Assembly: GCA_965223295.1 (NCBI GenBank)
Contig: CBDCWC010000002.1
Span: 416,001-480,000 of the forward strand
Length of the DNA stretch: 64,000 nt
Source of the DNA: Nitrospirales bacterium
Lineage (GTDB): Bacteria > Nitrospirota > Nitrospiria > Nitrospirales > UBA8639
Reading direction: 5' to 3'
The notes beneath the pieces were generated by a model. The model was not told the DNA's origin. It did not search any database and saw nothing but the letters and a program-made list of their open reading frames with translations. A program made the position numbers and the translations under genes. Shown here one piece after another: positions 42,111-52,472 of this stretch; positions within the stretch are counted from its first letter, which is position 1, and each line of letters begins with the position of its first letter.

Positions 42111-42920
42111 TCAATCTTCATATTCTGGACGGGGAATTGATTTCTTTGTTGGGGGTTTCACGGGTTGTTGTTGAAAGTCTTCGGAAAAAGGGTTCATGAT
42201 GGATTCGTGGGTTAATCGTTGTTGACGTTGGACAAGCTGGAGACTTTGCGTGCCAATTTCTAAACGGTCAATTGGAGTGTGACTTGAAAGGCTAGTGGGA
42301 ATCCCATTAATGGCAAACATTTGGTAGGCTAAGGACCATGATAACTTTTCCTTCTCTCGTTCTCTCACGATAAATGAGGCTTCAGGCGAGGGTGGGCCTT
42401 TAAACACTAATACCCATAAATTTGATCGAAACGCGGGAGCTGCTCTATCCGAAGGGGGTAAAAATTCAGGTACGAGAGATTGAATCGTATCTAATGGGAC
42501 TGCCGGGGAGAACTCAATTTCACAACGCTGCACATAGAGTGTTGGAAAGTCTTTGCCCTCGTTACGGTCGGGAATATAGGTAAACGAATAGCGAACCTGG
42601 ACACCATTTCGTGTGTAGGTGTACACATCTTCCCCATTTTCAGGTGACACTAGGTTTTTGAAATATTTTTGCCAATCTGCAAATGTGTAATAACTAAAGA
42701 CCCGCAACGCGGCTTTTCGAGAGCGCACAGCCATTGGCGTTCCCAGTTTGGCGCGTAATTCTTCTTGTGTGAGCCCCAAGAATCCATCTTCAAAATATGG
42801 GTTGGCAGAGGCATTGGAAGGAGCGTTTGTGCTAGCGACGAAGCAGAGTAGAAGCGACAAGATGAGAAGAGAGAGCTGAGAAATGGGTTTTTGGTAAATA
42901 GTATTTGGCATTGGCATCAC
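42111..42920 (-). CDS. Hypothetical exported protein
   Basis: Signal-like N-terminus; GLTQEELRAKLGTP motif. Confidence 0.65.
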   Translation of the reverse strand: MMPMPNTIYQKPISQLSLLILSLLLCFVASTNAPSNASANPYFEDGFLGLTQEELRAKLGTPMAVRSRKAALRVFSYYTFADWQKYFKNLVSPENGEDVYTYTRNGVQVRYSFTYIPDRNEGKDFPTLYVQRCEIEFSPAVPLDTIQSLVPEFLPPSDRAAPAFRSNLWVLVFKGPPSPEASFIVREREKEKLSWSLAYQMFAINGIPTSLSSHTPIDRLEIGTQSLQLVQRQQRLTHESIMNPFSEDFQQQPVKPPTKKSIPRPEYED

Positions 42921-43058
42921 ATGACCAACGTAGAGATAGACAATGTTTTATCCTATTAGTTGAAAATCTTTCAAGTCAAGAAAGGCTTAGCTGCGCAGGT
43001 ACGTGAATTGTAATTTCATCTGATGTGTGTGACAAGCGAACATGATGGGAGGACGGGC

Positions 43059-46000
43059 ATGATCGAACAGTTGGAGGAACTCTTAAATAATCGAATCCTT
43101 GTGCTGGATGGTGCGATGGGGACGATGATTCAAAACCATAAATTAGAAGAAGCTGATTTTCGAGGAACGCAATATGTCGATCATGTCTGTGATGTGAAAG
43201 GCAATAACGATCTGCTAGTGCTGACCCAGCCAAAGATTATTGAAGATATTCATGTGCAATACCTTCAGGCCGGCGCCGATATCATTGAGACCAATACTTT
43301 CAACTCCAATGCCATTTCAATGGCGGATTATCAAATGGAAGCATTAACGCATGAATTAAATGTGGCTGGGGCTCAAGTTGCAAAGCGGGCGGCGGCGAGA
43401 GTGATGGCGGAGCAGCCAGGCAGACACTGTTTTGTGGCGGGGGCCCTAGGTCCTACTAATCGAACAGCGTCGATGTCTCCGGATGTCAATAACCCGGCGT
43501 TCCGTGCTGTCACATTTGATGATTTATCTCAAGCCTATTACGAACAAGTCCGGGGCTTGGTGGAGGGTGGAGTCGACTTGCTGATGGTTGAAACCATCTT
43601 CGACACGTTGAATGCCAAAGCGGCGTTTTTCGCAATTTCTCAATACTGCGAAGAAATTCATCGCGAGATCCCAATCATGGCATCAGTGACTATTACGGAT
43701 TTGAGCGGACGGACGCTATCTGGTCAGCTTATTGAGGCATTTTGGAATTCTATCTCTCATGCCAAGCTTCTGAGTGTGGGAATTAATTGTGCATTAGGAG
43801 CAAAGCAAATGCGTCCTTATATTGCGGAACTCTCCAATGTGGCGCCGGTCTACATTAGTTGCTATCCCAATGCGGGGTTGCCGAATGCTTTTGGTGGGTT
43901 TGATGAAACCCCAGAACGAATGGGCGCAGACCTTCGAGATTTTGCCAGTCAGGGGTGGGTGAACATTGTTGGTGGTTGTTGTGGCAGCACGCCCGATCAT
44001 ATTCAAGCCATTGCGGAAGGGGTCAAAGGTTGCGCGCCGCACAAAAAAACGCATGTGCCGCGCATCACCCGCCTGAGTGGATTAGAACCCGTGTCCATTC
44101 GCCCTGAAGCGAACTTTGTCAATATCGGGGAACGCACGAATGTGACGGGCTCGCCAAAGTTTGCCAAGCTTATTCTTGGCGAAAATTTAGAAGAGGCGTT
44201 AGCCGTAGCTCGGCAGCAAGTAGAAGGGGGCGCGCAAATCATCGATGTAAACATGGATGAAGGCCTCCTGGATTCGGAAAAAGCTATGGTGGAATTTTTA
44301 CATCTCATTGGGTCAGAGCCGGATATCGCGCGAGTACCCATTATGATTGATAGCTCAAAGTGGTCGGTGATAGAAGCTGGGCTGAAATGTATTCAAGGAA
44401 AAGGCGTCGTGAATTCCATCAGCTTGAAAGAAGGAGAGGAAAAATTCCTTGAACAGGCTCGGCTGATTCAACGCTATGGTGCCGCGACGGTTATTATGGC
44501 GTTTGATGAAAGGGGTCAAGCTGATACCCTCGAACGAAAAGTCGAAATTTGTACCCGCGCGTATCGATTGCTTACCGGAAAATTAGATTTTCCGCCAGAA
44601 GATATTATTTTTGATCCCAATATTTTGACGGTGGCAACTGGGATGGAAGAACACAATGCCTACGCGGTGAATTTCATTGAAGCGACACGGCAAATTAAGG
44701 CCACCTTACCGTTCTGCAAAGTTAGTGGGGGAGTGAGCAATATTTCTTTTTCGTTTAGAGGAAATAATGTGGTGCGTGAAGCGATGCATTCGGCATTTCT
44801 CTATCATGCTATTAAGGCTGGATTAGATATGGGGATTGTGAATGCCGGCCAACTCGGTGTGTATGAAGAAATTCCCAAAGATTTGCTCACGTTAGTGGAA
44901 GACGTCTTGCTCAATCGTCGGCCTGAGGCGACGGAGGAATTGGTGGTCTTTGCCGAAACGGTGAAGCAGCAGGGCAAGACCGTCGTGAAAGATGATGTCT
45001 GGCGAAAAGGAACAGTTGAAGAACGGCTCTCCCATGCGTTGATCAAAGGTATCGTAGAGTTTATTGATGACGATGTTGAGGAAGCCCGTCAGAAACTCCC
45101 GAAGCCATTAGATGTCATCGAAGGGCCACTCATGGATGGCATGAATGTCGTGGGAGAATTGTTCGGTGCGGGAAAAATGTTTTTGCCACAGGTCGTCAAG
45201 AGCGCCAGGGTCATGAAAAAAGCGGTGGCCTATTTATTGCCGTTTATGGAGGCCGAAAAAAGTGCAGGTGCGAGTCAGAGTCAAGGGAAGGTTCTATTAG
45301 CAACGGTCAAAGGTGATGTTCATGACATTGGGAAAAATATCGTCGGGGTCGTTCTGGCGTGTAATAACTATGAAATTATTGACCTGGGCGTGATGATCCC
45401 ATGCGATCAAATACTCCAAAGGGCGCGAGAGGAAAACGTTGATATTATTGGCCTCAGTGGGTTGATCACGCCATCGTTGGATGAGATGGTCCATAACGCG
45501 CGGGAAATGGCCCGAGAAGGGTTTTCTGTTCCTTTGCTCATTGGTGGAGCCACGACCAGTAAGGCGCATACCGCCGTGAAAATTGCACCGGGTTATACCA
45601 GTCCGGTGGTGCATGTGCTGGATGCATCTCTAGCGGTGAATGTTGTGCGCAAGTTACTGAGCTCAGATGATAGGGCTGCGTTTGTTCAGGACATCCAGGA
45701 AAAACAACAGAAAACTCGGGAAGCCTATGAATCGAAAACGACAGCCAAGAAACTTGTTTCTTTAGAAGACGCCAGAAAAAATCGTGTGGCGATTGACTGG
45801 GAGGCAACCGACTTGGCCAAGCCGACTGTTCTTGGCGCGAAAGTTCTTGAAGATGTCTCGCTGGAAACCTTCGTTCCCGTTATTGATTGGTCGCCGTTTT
45901 TTCATGCGTGGGAGCTGCGCGGGAAATATCCTAAAATTTTCGAAGATCCAGTCGTAGGCTCAAAAGCCAAAGAATTGTTTGACGATGCTCAAAAATTGTT

Positions 46001-46739
46001 ACAAGAAATTATTGACAGCAAACTTCTCATCGCAAAAGGCGTCTATGGACTATTTCCTGCCAATAGTCAAGGCGATGATATTACGATCTATGAGAATGAG
46101 ACTCGTTCGAAAGGCTTGTCGGTTTTTCATACGTTGCGGCAACAAATTGAAAAGCCACAAGGAAATCCAAACTACGCCTTAGCGGATTTCATTGCTCCGC
46201 AGTCGAGTGGAAAGGCTGACTATATTGGAGGTTTTGCTGTCACGGCAGGTATTGGTATTGAAGCACTATGTCAGCGGTTTGAGAAAGATCACGATGACTA
46301 TCATTCCATTATGGCGAAAGCTCTGGCCGATCGTTTAGCTGAGGCCTTTGCTGAATGGTTGCATCGGGAAGTCAGAAAAATATGGGGCTTTGGGCAGGAC
46401 GAAAAGTTAACGAATCAAGAACTTATCCAAGAAAAATATCGTGGAATTCGTCCCGCGCCGGGTTATCCAGCCTGTCCGGATCATACCGAGAAGCAACATC
46501 TGTTTGAATGGCTCGAGGTTGAAAAGAATGCTGGTATCACACTGACCGAATCGTACGCCATGTATCCTGCTGCATCAGTGAGTGGGTTTTATTTTGCTCA
46601 CCCGCAAGCCAAATACTTCTCGGTAGGAAAGGTCAAGCATGACCAAATCCAAGACTATGCCAAACGGAAAAATATGGAAGTCTCAGAAGTGGAGCGCTGG
46701 CTTTCGCCGAACCTTGGTTATAATCCTGAGGAAATTTGA
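43059..46739 (+). CDS. metH: Cobalamin-dependent methionine synthase
   Basis: [54 protein letters not shown]. Confidence 0.97.
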   Translation: MIEQLEELLNNRILVLDGAMGTMIQNHKLEEADFRGTQYVDHVCDVKGNNDLLVLTQPKIIEDIHVQYLQAGADIIETNTFNSNAISMADYQMEALTHELNVAGAQVAKRAAARVMAEQPGRHCFVAGALGPTNRTASMSPDVNNPAFRAVTFDDLSQAYYEQVRGLVEGGVDLLMVETIFDTLNAKAAFFAISQYCEEIHREIPIMASVTITDLSGRTLSGQLIEAFWNSISHAKLLSVGINCALGAKQMRPYIAELSNVAPVYISCYPNAGLPNAFGGFDETPERMGADLRDFASQGWVNIVGGCCGSTPDHIQAIAEGVKGCAPHKKTHVPRITRLSGLEPVSIRPEANFVNIGERTNVTGSPKFAKLILGENLEEALAVARQQVEGGAQIIDVNMDEGLLDSEKAMVEFLHLIGSEPDIARVPIMIDSSKWSVIEAGLKCIQGKGVVNSISLKEGEEKFLEQARLIQRYGAATVIMAFDERGQADTLERKVEICTRAYRLLTGKLDFPPEDIIFDPNILTVATGMEEHNAYAVNFIEATRQIKATLPFCKVSGGVSNISFSFRGNNVVREAMHSAFLYHAIKAGLDMGIVNAGQLGVYEEIPKDLLTLVEDVLLNRRPEATEELVVFAETVKQQGKTVVKDDVWRKGTVEERLSHALIKGIVEFIDDDVEEARQKLPKPLDVIEGPLMDGMNVVGELFGAGKMFLPQVVKSARVMKKAVAYLLPFMEAEKSAGASQSQGKVLLATVKGDVHDIGKNIVGVVLACNNYEIIDLGVMIPCDQILQRAREENVDIIGLSGLITPSLDEMVHNAREMAREGFSVPLLIGGATTSKAHTAVKIAPGYTSPVVHVLDASLAVNVVRKLLSSDDRAAFVQDIQEKQQKTREAYESKTTAKKLVSLEDARKNRVAIDWEATDLAKPTVLGAKVLEDVSLETFVPVIDWSPFFHAWELRGKYPKIFEDPVVGSKAKELFDDAQKLLQEIIDSKLLIAKGVYGLFPANSQGDDITIYENETRSKGLSVFHTLRQQIEKPQGNPNYALADFIAPQSSGKADYIGGFAVTAGIGIEALCQRFEKDHDDYHSIMAKALADRLAEAFAEWLHREVRKIWGFGQDEKLTNQELIQEKYRGIRPAPGYPACPDHTEKQHLFEWLEVEKNAGITLTESYAMYPAASVSGFYFAHPQAKYFSVGKVKHDQIQDYAKRKNMEVSEVERWLSPNLGYNPEEI

Positions 46740-46795
46740 CTTGAATCACGAAATGTGGCTGTCACTAGCTAGGTTGGATAGGCGAGTGTTGGTTG

Positions 46796-46818
46796 TAAAA
46801 GGTGTCTGACACCTTTTA
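46796..46818. repeat. Perfect palindrome; REP-like element or bidirectional terminator
   Basis: TAAAAGGTGTC-T-GACACCTTTTA between convergent genes. Confidence 0.6.
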
Positions 46819-46827
46819 TGGGGGGAG

Positions 46828-47055
46828 TTATTCGGGGTCGGAGTAGCGGTTTCCGGCTTCGCCAGACCAACTGGAATGTCCAATCTCTTGAGATTCCCAG
46901 AGGGCTTGAATTTCCTGGTCGGCAAGCTCAGCTTCTTTTTCTTGTAAGACCTCTTCTCCATCCACGATTTGCATGTTCTGCGTTTCACCGTTGGCTCGGG
47001 TCGGCTCTGGCCCTCGGCCGCGCGGGGTGTTTTTGGGTAGGACATTAATTGGCAT
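46828..47055 (-). CDS. Small acidic hypothetical protein (75 aa)
   Basis: TAAGGT RBS-like motif upstream; follows 47082-47609 co-directionally. Confidence 0.4.
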   Translation of the reverse strand: MPINVLPKNTPRGRGPEPTRANGETQNMQIVDGEEVLQEKEAELADQEIQALWESQEIGHSSWSGEAGNRYSDPE

Positions 47056-47081
47056 AATGATTACCTTAGCAGGGTTTCTGC

Positions 47082-47609
47082 TTAGGTTTCCACCAAAACA
47101 GCTTGAAGGTCTTCTTTCTGCTCAGCTATGTCTGGTTGACTTTGACTGCTCACAATCTGAAGCGCTGAGGCAATCCACCCGAATCGTTCTTCTGCCCATT
47201 CATTGAACGCTGTGGAGTGTTCAAAAACCAAATCCCAGGCAGGGGCGGAATCGAGTAATAACAATTGGTGAGGCTGGTTGTGTCCTGGATAGTAGACGAC
47301 CAAGACCGCTGATTTTCCCATCAAACTGATGTCGGTGAACATGTGAATCATGGCCTTTGATGGCATGTTTACGGTCCGTGAGGCCGCTTCGACTATCGGA
47401 CCATAGATGTGATGTAAGAATTGTTGAATGGCTTCATAGGGGGACTTTGAATGGTGCAAGTGTGTGTTAGGTGGTTCCCCAATAAGATTGTTGGTCAGGT
47501 ATTCGAGGGCTTCAGCGGCTGGCATGGCTCCCGAGTTGACGAGCGAATCCATGATGTACGACATCCAATTTCTTGATTTAGGCACAGCAGTCATAACTTG
47601 ATTCCTCAT
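47082..47609 (-). CDS. Hypothetical protein
   Basis: 175-aa ORF with AAGGAG RBS. Confidence 0.65.
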   Translation of the reverse strand: MRNQVMTAVPKSRNWMSYIMDSLVNSGAMPAAEALEYLTNNLIGEPPNTHLHHSKSPYEAIQQFLHHIYGPIVEAASRTVNMPSKAMIHMFTDISLMGKSAVLVVYYPGHNQPHQLLLLDSAPAWDLVFEHSTAFNEWAEERFGWIASALQIVSSQSQPDIAEQKEDLQAVLVET

Positions 47610-47773
47610 AGGCGCTCCTTTTGTGTTGAAAAGGAAGGCAGTTAGTTGTGGGTAACGGAGTCTACTTCTTAGGCGGGACCATGTAACATATTGAGTCCAT
47701 TATAATAATAGCTTGTTCCATTTGGGTCAATTTTGAGCCATAGATTCTTGAGCATCTGATTTTAAGTATGCTC

Positions 47774-47803
47774 TTGACCATCCATTTTTAGAGGACTTAG
47801 AAT
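47774..47803 (+). promoter_or_regulatory. Candidate sigma70 promoter for the radical SAM pair
   Basis: TTGACC-N18-TAGAAT. Confidence 0.4.
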
Positions 47804-47934
47804 GCACAATCGCTATGTTAAAAAATAATGCAAAATCAAAGAGTTACTTTCTTTCATCAGCATTTGATTGCTCGTTGTTTTTCTCGGATATTTCCCAGTA
47901 AGAGATAACTCATATTTTTACCTAGGGACTGTAG

Positions 47935-49830
47935 ATGAGAGTCAATTATGATAAAGGCGGCCTGATTAGTCCTCTTCGTGTTCAATCCTCTTCAACCACG
48001 AAGGCCAGCAGTTCAGGCAAAAAAGCCAAAGTCATGCTAGTGTTTCCTCCCGATTGGTACCCCTCTGAGCCGTACTTGAGTCTTCCCACGTTAACGGCCT
48101 TTCTGCGTGAGGCTGGGCATGAGGTGGTTCAAAAGGATGTGAATCTCGAAATGTATGATTGGTATTTTAGCGGGGATTTTCTCAAGCATGTCTTGAAAAA
48201 AGTCCCGCGGCAGTTAGATCGCTTGAAAAGAATCGCTCGTGATCGAGAGCTAACCGATGCAGAAGTGGAGTTGCAACTGGCGTTGTGCGACTGCACTCGT
48301 AGTCGCATTGCAGAACTCACAGAAAAAGCTGAACAAGCCAAACGGATTGTGCGGACACCGGAATTTTATGACAGTGAGAAATTGGAATGGGCCATTGCAG
48401 TATTTCGAGAAGTAACTGCCACGATTTCTCTTGTGTATTCCCCTGCAAGAATTTGCATGCCGCCGATGGAAACGGATTTATCTTATAAGCTCTTTATGTC
48501 ATCGGAAGTGTTAGACGCGGTTCAGGATACGCAAGTGAATGTGTATCGTGATGTCTTTGAGCATATTCTGAAACCGGCGATTCTTGCTGAACAACCGGAT
48601 GTGATTGGGATTTCCATTGTTCTCCGGCAACAACTATTTTCTTCCATGACGTTTTGTGCGCTGATCAAAGAACATTTCCCCAGTATACATGTCACGATTG
48701 GCGGCAATACGGTCACGCGATTTCGTGATGTATTGCCGAATATCCCCAAATTATTTGCGTTATTTGATAGCGCGATTGTGTATGAAGGGGAAACGGCTTT
48801 ATTGCGATTAGTGGAGGGTATTGCTAATAAGACAGAGCTTTTGCATGTGCCCAATCTCATGTTTAGAGATGATGCTGGGATTCATGTGAATAGTGAAACG
48901 TTTGCTGAAAATATGGGTGCGTTGCCGCCGCCGGATTTTGACGGGTTACCGTTGGAAAAGTATTTTGTGCCGGAACCGATCTTGCCATATTTGGCCACTC
49001 GGGGTTGCTACTGGGGACGATGCGAGTTCTGTGATCATGGCGAAGGTTATACGGCTGGATATCGGACGAAGAAAGATTGGCAAATTATTGAAGAGCTAAC
49101 GTTGCTGAAGCAGAAATATCAGGCCCGGCATTTTCATTTTACCGATGAATCCTATCCCCCGGCCCTCTTTCGTAAGATCACCAGAAAATTGGTTGAGACA
49201 AAATTGGATATCGCTTGGACCACGCATATTCGATTTGAGAAAAGTCTCTTAGATGATCAAGTTTGGCGAGATGCCCAAGAGTCGGGATGCAAATATTTGC
49301 ATATGGGCTATGAATCGGGAAGTGAGCGGGTGTTGCAATTGATGGATAAGGCGACCACGACTGAAATTATCCAACAGAGTTTAGAGTTATCTTCTCGACA
49401 TGGTGTGTGGAATCATGTGATGGGTTTCTTTGGGTTTCCTGGAGAAACCTATGAAGATGCCAAATTCTCTACCCAATTCTTGGAAGATAATCGGGAACAT
49501 GTCCATTCTATTGGATTTGGGACATTTGACTTGAGTCGTCATACGCCAGTAGCCCAAAATCCTGAAAAATTTGGCGTCACCTTCTACAAAAATCCTGACT
49601 GGGATTTAGCTATGGATTATTACTTTACCGTGAAACAGGGCTTGAGTATCGAAGATGCTGAACGTGTCTTTGAAGAATTTGAACAAGACCATTATGCGGG
49701 TTGGGATTTGAAAATTTTTGTCCGTGAATATGTGTTCCTCTATGTCTCGCATTTTGGTTCGAACAAGTTGCCAGCGTTGCAATTTCAACTAGGCTCAGAA
49801 GATCCCTCCTCTCACCTTGCTTCTGTCTAA
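47935..49830 (+). CDS. B12-binding-domain radical SAM protein (paralog 1)
   Basis: N-terminal FPP..PYLSLP.L..L...GH, PDVIGIS, IGGN; RGCYWGRCEFC; GYESGS; GFPGET. Confidence 0.9.
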   Translation: MRVNYDKGGLISPLRVQSSSTTKASSSGKKAKVMLVFPPDWYPSEPYLSLPTLTAFLREAGHEVVQKDVNLEMYDWYFSGDFLKHVLKKVPRQLDRLKRIARDRELTDAEVELQLALCDCTRSRIAELTEKAEQAKRIVRTPEFYDSEKLEWAIAVFREVTATISLVYSPARICMPPMETDLSYKLFMSSEVLDAVQDTQVNVYRDVFEHILKPAILAEQPDVIGISIVLRQQLFSSMTFCALIKEHFPSIHVTIGGNTVTRFRDVLPNIPKLFALFDSAIVYEGETALLRLVEGIANKTELLHVPNLMFRDDAGIHVNSETFAENMGALPPPDFDGLPLEKYFVPEPILPYLATRGCYWGRCEFCDHGEGYTAGYRTKKDWQIIEELTLLKQKYQARHFHFTDESYPPALFRKITRKLVETKLDIAWTTHIRFEKSLLDDQVWRDAQESGCKYLHMGYESGSERVLQLMDKATTTEIIQQSLELSSRHGVWNHVMGFFGFPGETYEDAKFSTQFLEDNREHVHSIGFGTFDLSRHTPVAQNPEKFGVTFYKNPDWDLAMDYYFTVKQGLSIEDAERVFEEFEQDHYAGWDLKIFVREYVFLYVSHFGSNKLPALQFQLGSEDPSSHLASV

Positions 49831-49843
49831 CCCCTAGGAAGGG

Positions 49844-51817
49844 ATGCCCATGCCTGAAACTCTCATTGACATTGACGGGCTGGCATCGACCAGCAAGCCT
49901 CGGCGGACCTTTAAGACGATGCTGCTGTTTCCGCCGGAATGGGTGCCGACGGCTCCTTACCTGGCGCTCCCCAGCCTTACCTCTGTCCTCCGCTCCTATG
50001 GCCACGAGGTCATTCAAAAAGATATTAACATTGAAATGTATGATCTATTTTTCACCGATACCTTTTTGATTTGGGTGAAAATGCGCATGGATCAACAGCG
50101 CCGGGAGCTGGAAGAGAGAGAAGTCCGGCAGCAATTATCCGATGTCGAGCATGAGCGACTGGCCTGTCTTCGTGCGCAAGATCACATTGACGTGATGGAC
50201 CTAGCTGAACAGGCAGAGGAAGCCAAAGGTATTGTGCGGGGTGAAGCCTTTTACGAAGCTCCGAAGTTAGAGGGCGCGCTGAATACCTTTCGGGATGTGA
50301 TGCAGTTTATTTCTGCCGCCTATTTTCCAGCTTCTCTTGTGTTTTATCCGATGGAAAGCAATTTAGGGTATCGCTCCGGCGTGTCCACCGAAGTCCTGGC
50401 CAGTCTAGAAGATGAACAGGTGAACATCTATCAGGATGTTTGTCGACAACTAGTGCTCCCGGCCATTCAAAAAGAACAGCCGGATGTAGTGGGTATCTCC
50501 ATTGGTACGCAAATGCAATTGTTGGCTGGTATGACTTTTGGCAAGATGATTAAATCGGAGTTTCCGAATATTCATGTGACCGTTGGTGGTAATGTCATCA
50601 CACGGTTGCAGGAAGATCTTCCTAAGCAGAAAAAATTTTTTACGACCGTGTTTGATACAGCCATTCTCTATGAGGGTGAGCATGCGTTGGTTTGGCTTCT
50701 GGAAGCTCTAGCCGGAGAACGATCCTGGGAACAAGTCCCTAATCTTATGTGGCAACATGATGGACGAGTGATTGTTAATAAGGAAATTTATACTGAAAAA
50801 ACTACGGCGTTGCCCCTGCCGGATTTTGATGGGTTGCCCCTGGATATGTATTTTGTGCCAGAACGGATTTTGCCTTATCTGGCCACGAGAGGCTGTTATT
50901 GGGGACGTTGTACGTTTTGTGATCATGGCCAAGGGTACTTTGATCAGTATCGTGGCAAACCGGCGCAGGATGTGGTTCGGGAAATTAAAGCGTTGCAGGA
51001 AAAATATGATGCCAAGCATTTTCTGTTTTCAGATGAATCCTATCCACCTGCTTTGTTGAAAAAAGTTACCCAGTTGCTGATTCAGGAAAAGGTGCAGATT
51101 AAGTGGACGACGCTGATTCGGTTCGAGGAGACGTTACAAGACCCCGAGATATGGAAGCAGGCTGTCCAAGCGGGCTGCTGTACGCTGTATTATGGAATGG
51201 AATCGGCCAATGAGCGCGTCTTGGAACTCATGGATAAACATGCTAAGAAATCGGTGATTGAGAACAATTTACGGGAAGCGGCTAAGGCGGGTATTTGGAA
51301 TCATGTGATGGCTTTCTATGGTTTTCCAGGCGAAACACAAGATGAGGCTGAGGAAACCCGTCAATTTTTGCTGGATAATAAGCGGTATATTCATTCAGTG
51401 GAGCTCTTTTACTTTGTGGCCTACCGGCATACGCCAATGGTACGAAATCCTGAGAAATTCGGCATCACGATCCATAAACAAGACGAATATGATATGCCAC
51501 TGGATTACTACTATACGTTGAATGAGCCAGGTGGGTTGACCTGTTTAGATGCTATGAAGATGGCAGAGGAGTTTTATCAAAAAGACTTCGAGCCCTGGGC
51601 GGTTCGGGTGAATGCCCGAGAACATGTCTTTCTCTATATTTCGAAATATGGCAGTAACTATCTCCCCCAAATTTATGCGATGAAAGCGGGGCAAGAAGAA
51701 CCTCGCACAGATGGAGTTCATGGTCTTGTGACTTGGCCTGTTGCTCACGGGCCTGCTGAGAATGATGGCTCTGGAGAGTCTGGTATGTCACGCGTTGTGA
51801 GTCACGCGTCTCCTTAG
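49844..51817 (+). CDS. B12-binding-domain radical SAM protein (paralog 2)
   Basis: Same architecture; RGCYWGRCTFC; GMESAN; GFPGET. Confidence 0.9.
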   Translation: MPMPETLIDIDGLASTSKPRRTFKTMLLFPPEWVPTAPYLALPSLTSVLRSYGHEVIQKDINIEMYDLFFTDTFLIWVKMRMDQQRRELEEREVRQQLSDVEHERLACLRAQDHIDVMDLAEQAEEAKGIVRGEAFYEAPKLEGALNTFRDVMQFISAAYFPASLVFYPMESNLGYRSGVSTEVLASLEDEQVNIYQDVCRQLVLPAIQKEQPDVVGISIGTQMQLLAGMTFGKMIKSEFPNIHVTVGGNVITRLQEDLPKQKKFFTTVFDTAILYEGEHALVWLLEALAGERSWEQVPNLMWQHDGRVIVNKEIYTEKTTALPLPDFDGLPLDMYFVPERILPYLATRGCYWGRCTFCDHGQGYFDQYRGKPAQDVVREIKALQEKYDAKHFLFSDESYPPALLKKVTQLLIQEKVQIKWTTLIRFEETLQDPEIWKQAVQAGCCTLYYGMESANERVLELMDKHAKKSVIENNLREAAKAGIWNHVMAFYGFPGETQDEAEETRQFLLDNKRYIHSVELFYFVAYRHTPMVRNPEKFGITIHKQDEYDMPLDYYYTLNEPGGLTCLDAMKMAEEFYQKDFEPWAVRVNAREHVFLYISKYGSNYLPQIYAMKAGQEEPRTDGVHGLVTWPVAHGPAENDGSGESGMSRVVSHASP

Positions 51818-51819
51818 GT

Positions 51820-52010
51820 GGGTCTGTTGAAAAAAGTCGCCAGCGACGTTCTCGCCATTTTTCCGTGCTCACGTAGGACCAGTACGCTCCGCGCGCAAAA
51901 ATGGCTGTGGCCTTGCTGGACGGACTTTTTTGAACAGACCCGAGGCCTCTGACATGTGACACCGCAGAGGCTAAATGTGGCCGTTGATATCATCATTATT
52001 CAACAGTCCC
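51820..52010 (-). mobile_element. 191-bp MITE, copy 2 (inverted relative to copy 1)
   Basis: TIRs GGGTCTGTTGAA / TTCAACAGTCCC; 5-bp target duplication TAGGT (51815-51819, 52011-52015) overlapping the radical SAM stop codon. Confidence 0.9.
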
Positions 52011-52090
52011 TAGGTCTTTTGTCTAGCTGAAAACATTGTTGTAGCCTTACTCGCATTCGAAATGACGGAATAATCTAGTGGAGAAGCCGG

Positions 52091-52354
52091 TTAGGGGTTT
52101 TGTTGAATATCTAAGTGGGTCAATAGTAGTTGGTAGGCGGCGTGAATCTCTTTTGTCTTCGCCTCTCCTTTTTTATACATTTCCATGTATTTCGCTGGAT
52201 TGTTGGTGAGGCCTGCATAGCGTGATGGATACCAAGTTCTCCGAGCTTTTTCATATTGTTGAGTCAAGGTCTCTTTCGAAAATGGTATCGTGAGATCCAA
52301 TAGATGGATTGCTTCTTCGAGGCCGGGAGTTGGTGATAGATTTTGGTCAGTCAC
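52091..52354 (-). CDS. J-domain-like small protein lacking HPD
   Basis: LLDL...L...Y......WYPSRY......K.KEIHAAYQLL helix pattern. Confidence 0.6.
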   Translation of the reverse strand: MTDQNLSPTPGLEEAIHLLDLTIPFSKETLTQQYEKARRTWYPSRYAGLTNNPAKYMEMYKKGEAKTKEIHAAYQLLLTHLDIQQNP

Positions 52355-52472
52355 GGGGATTGTATCTTTGTAGTTCGATCGGTAAGAGCCTTCAAGTTTT
52401 TCAAAGATTTAAGTGCCATGTCAATCTGCTTGGGGCCATGCCTTTAGAAGAGGGAAAATTTTTCGGCCTACG

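Noticed and set aside
46828-47055. Pup/UBact ubiquitin-like modifier
   Set aside because: C-terminus is RYSDPE, not GGE/GGQ or R[ST]G[EQ]; no pafA, dop or proteasome genes nearby.
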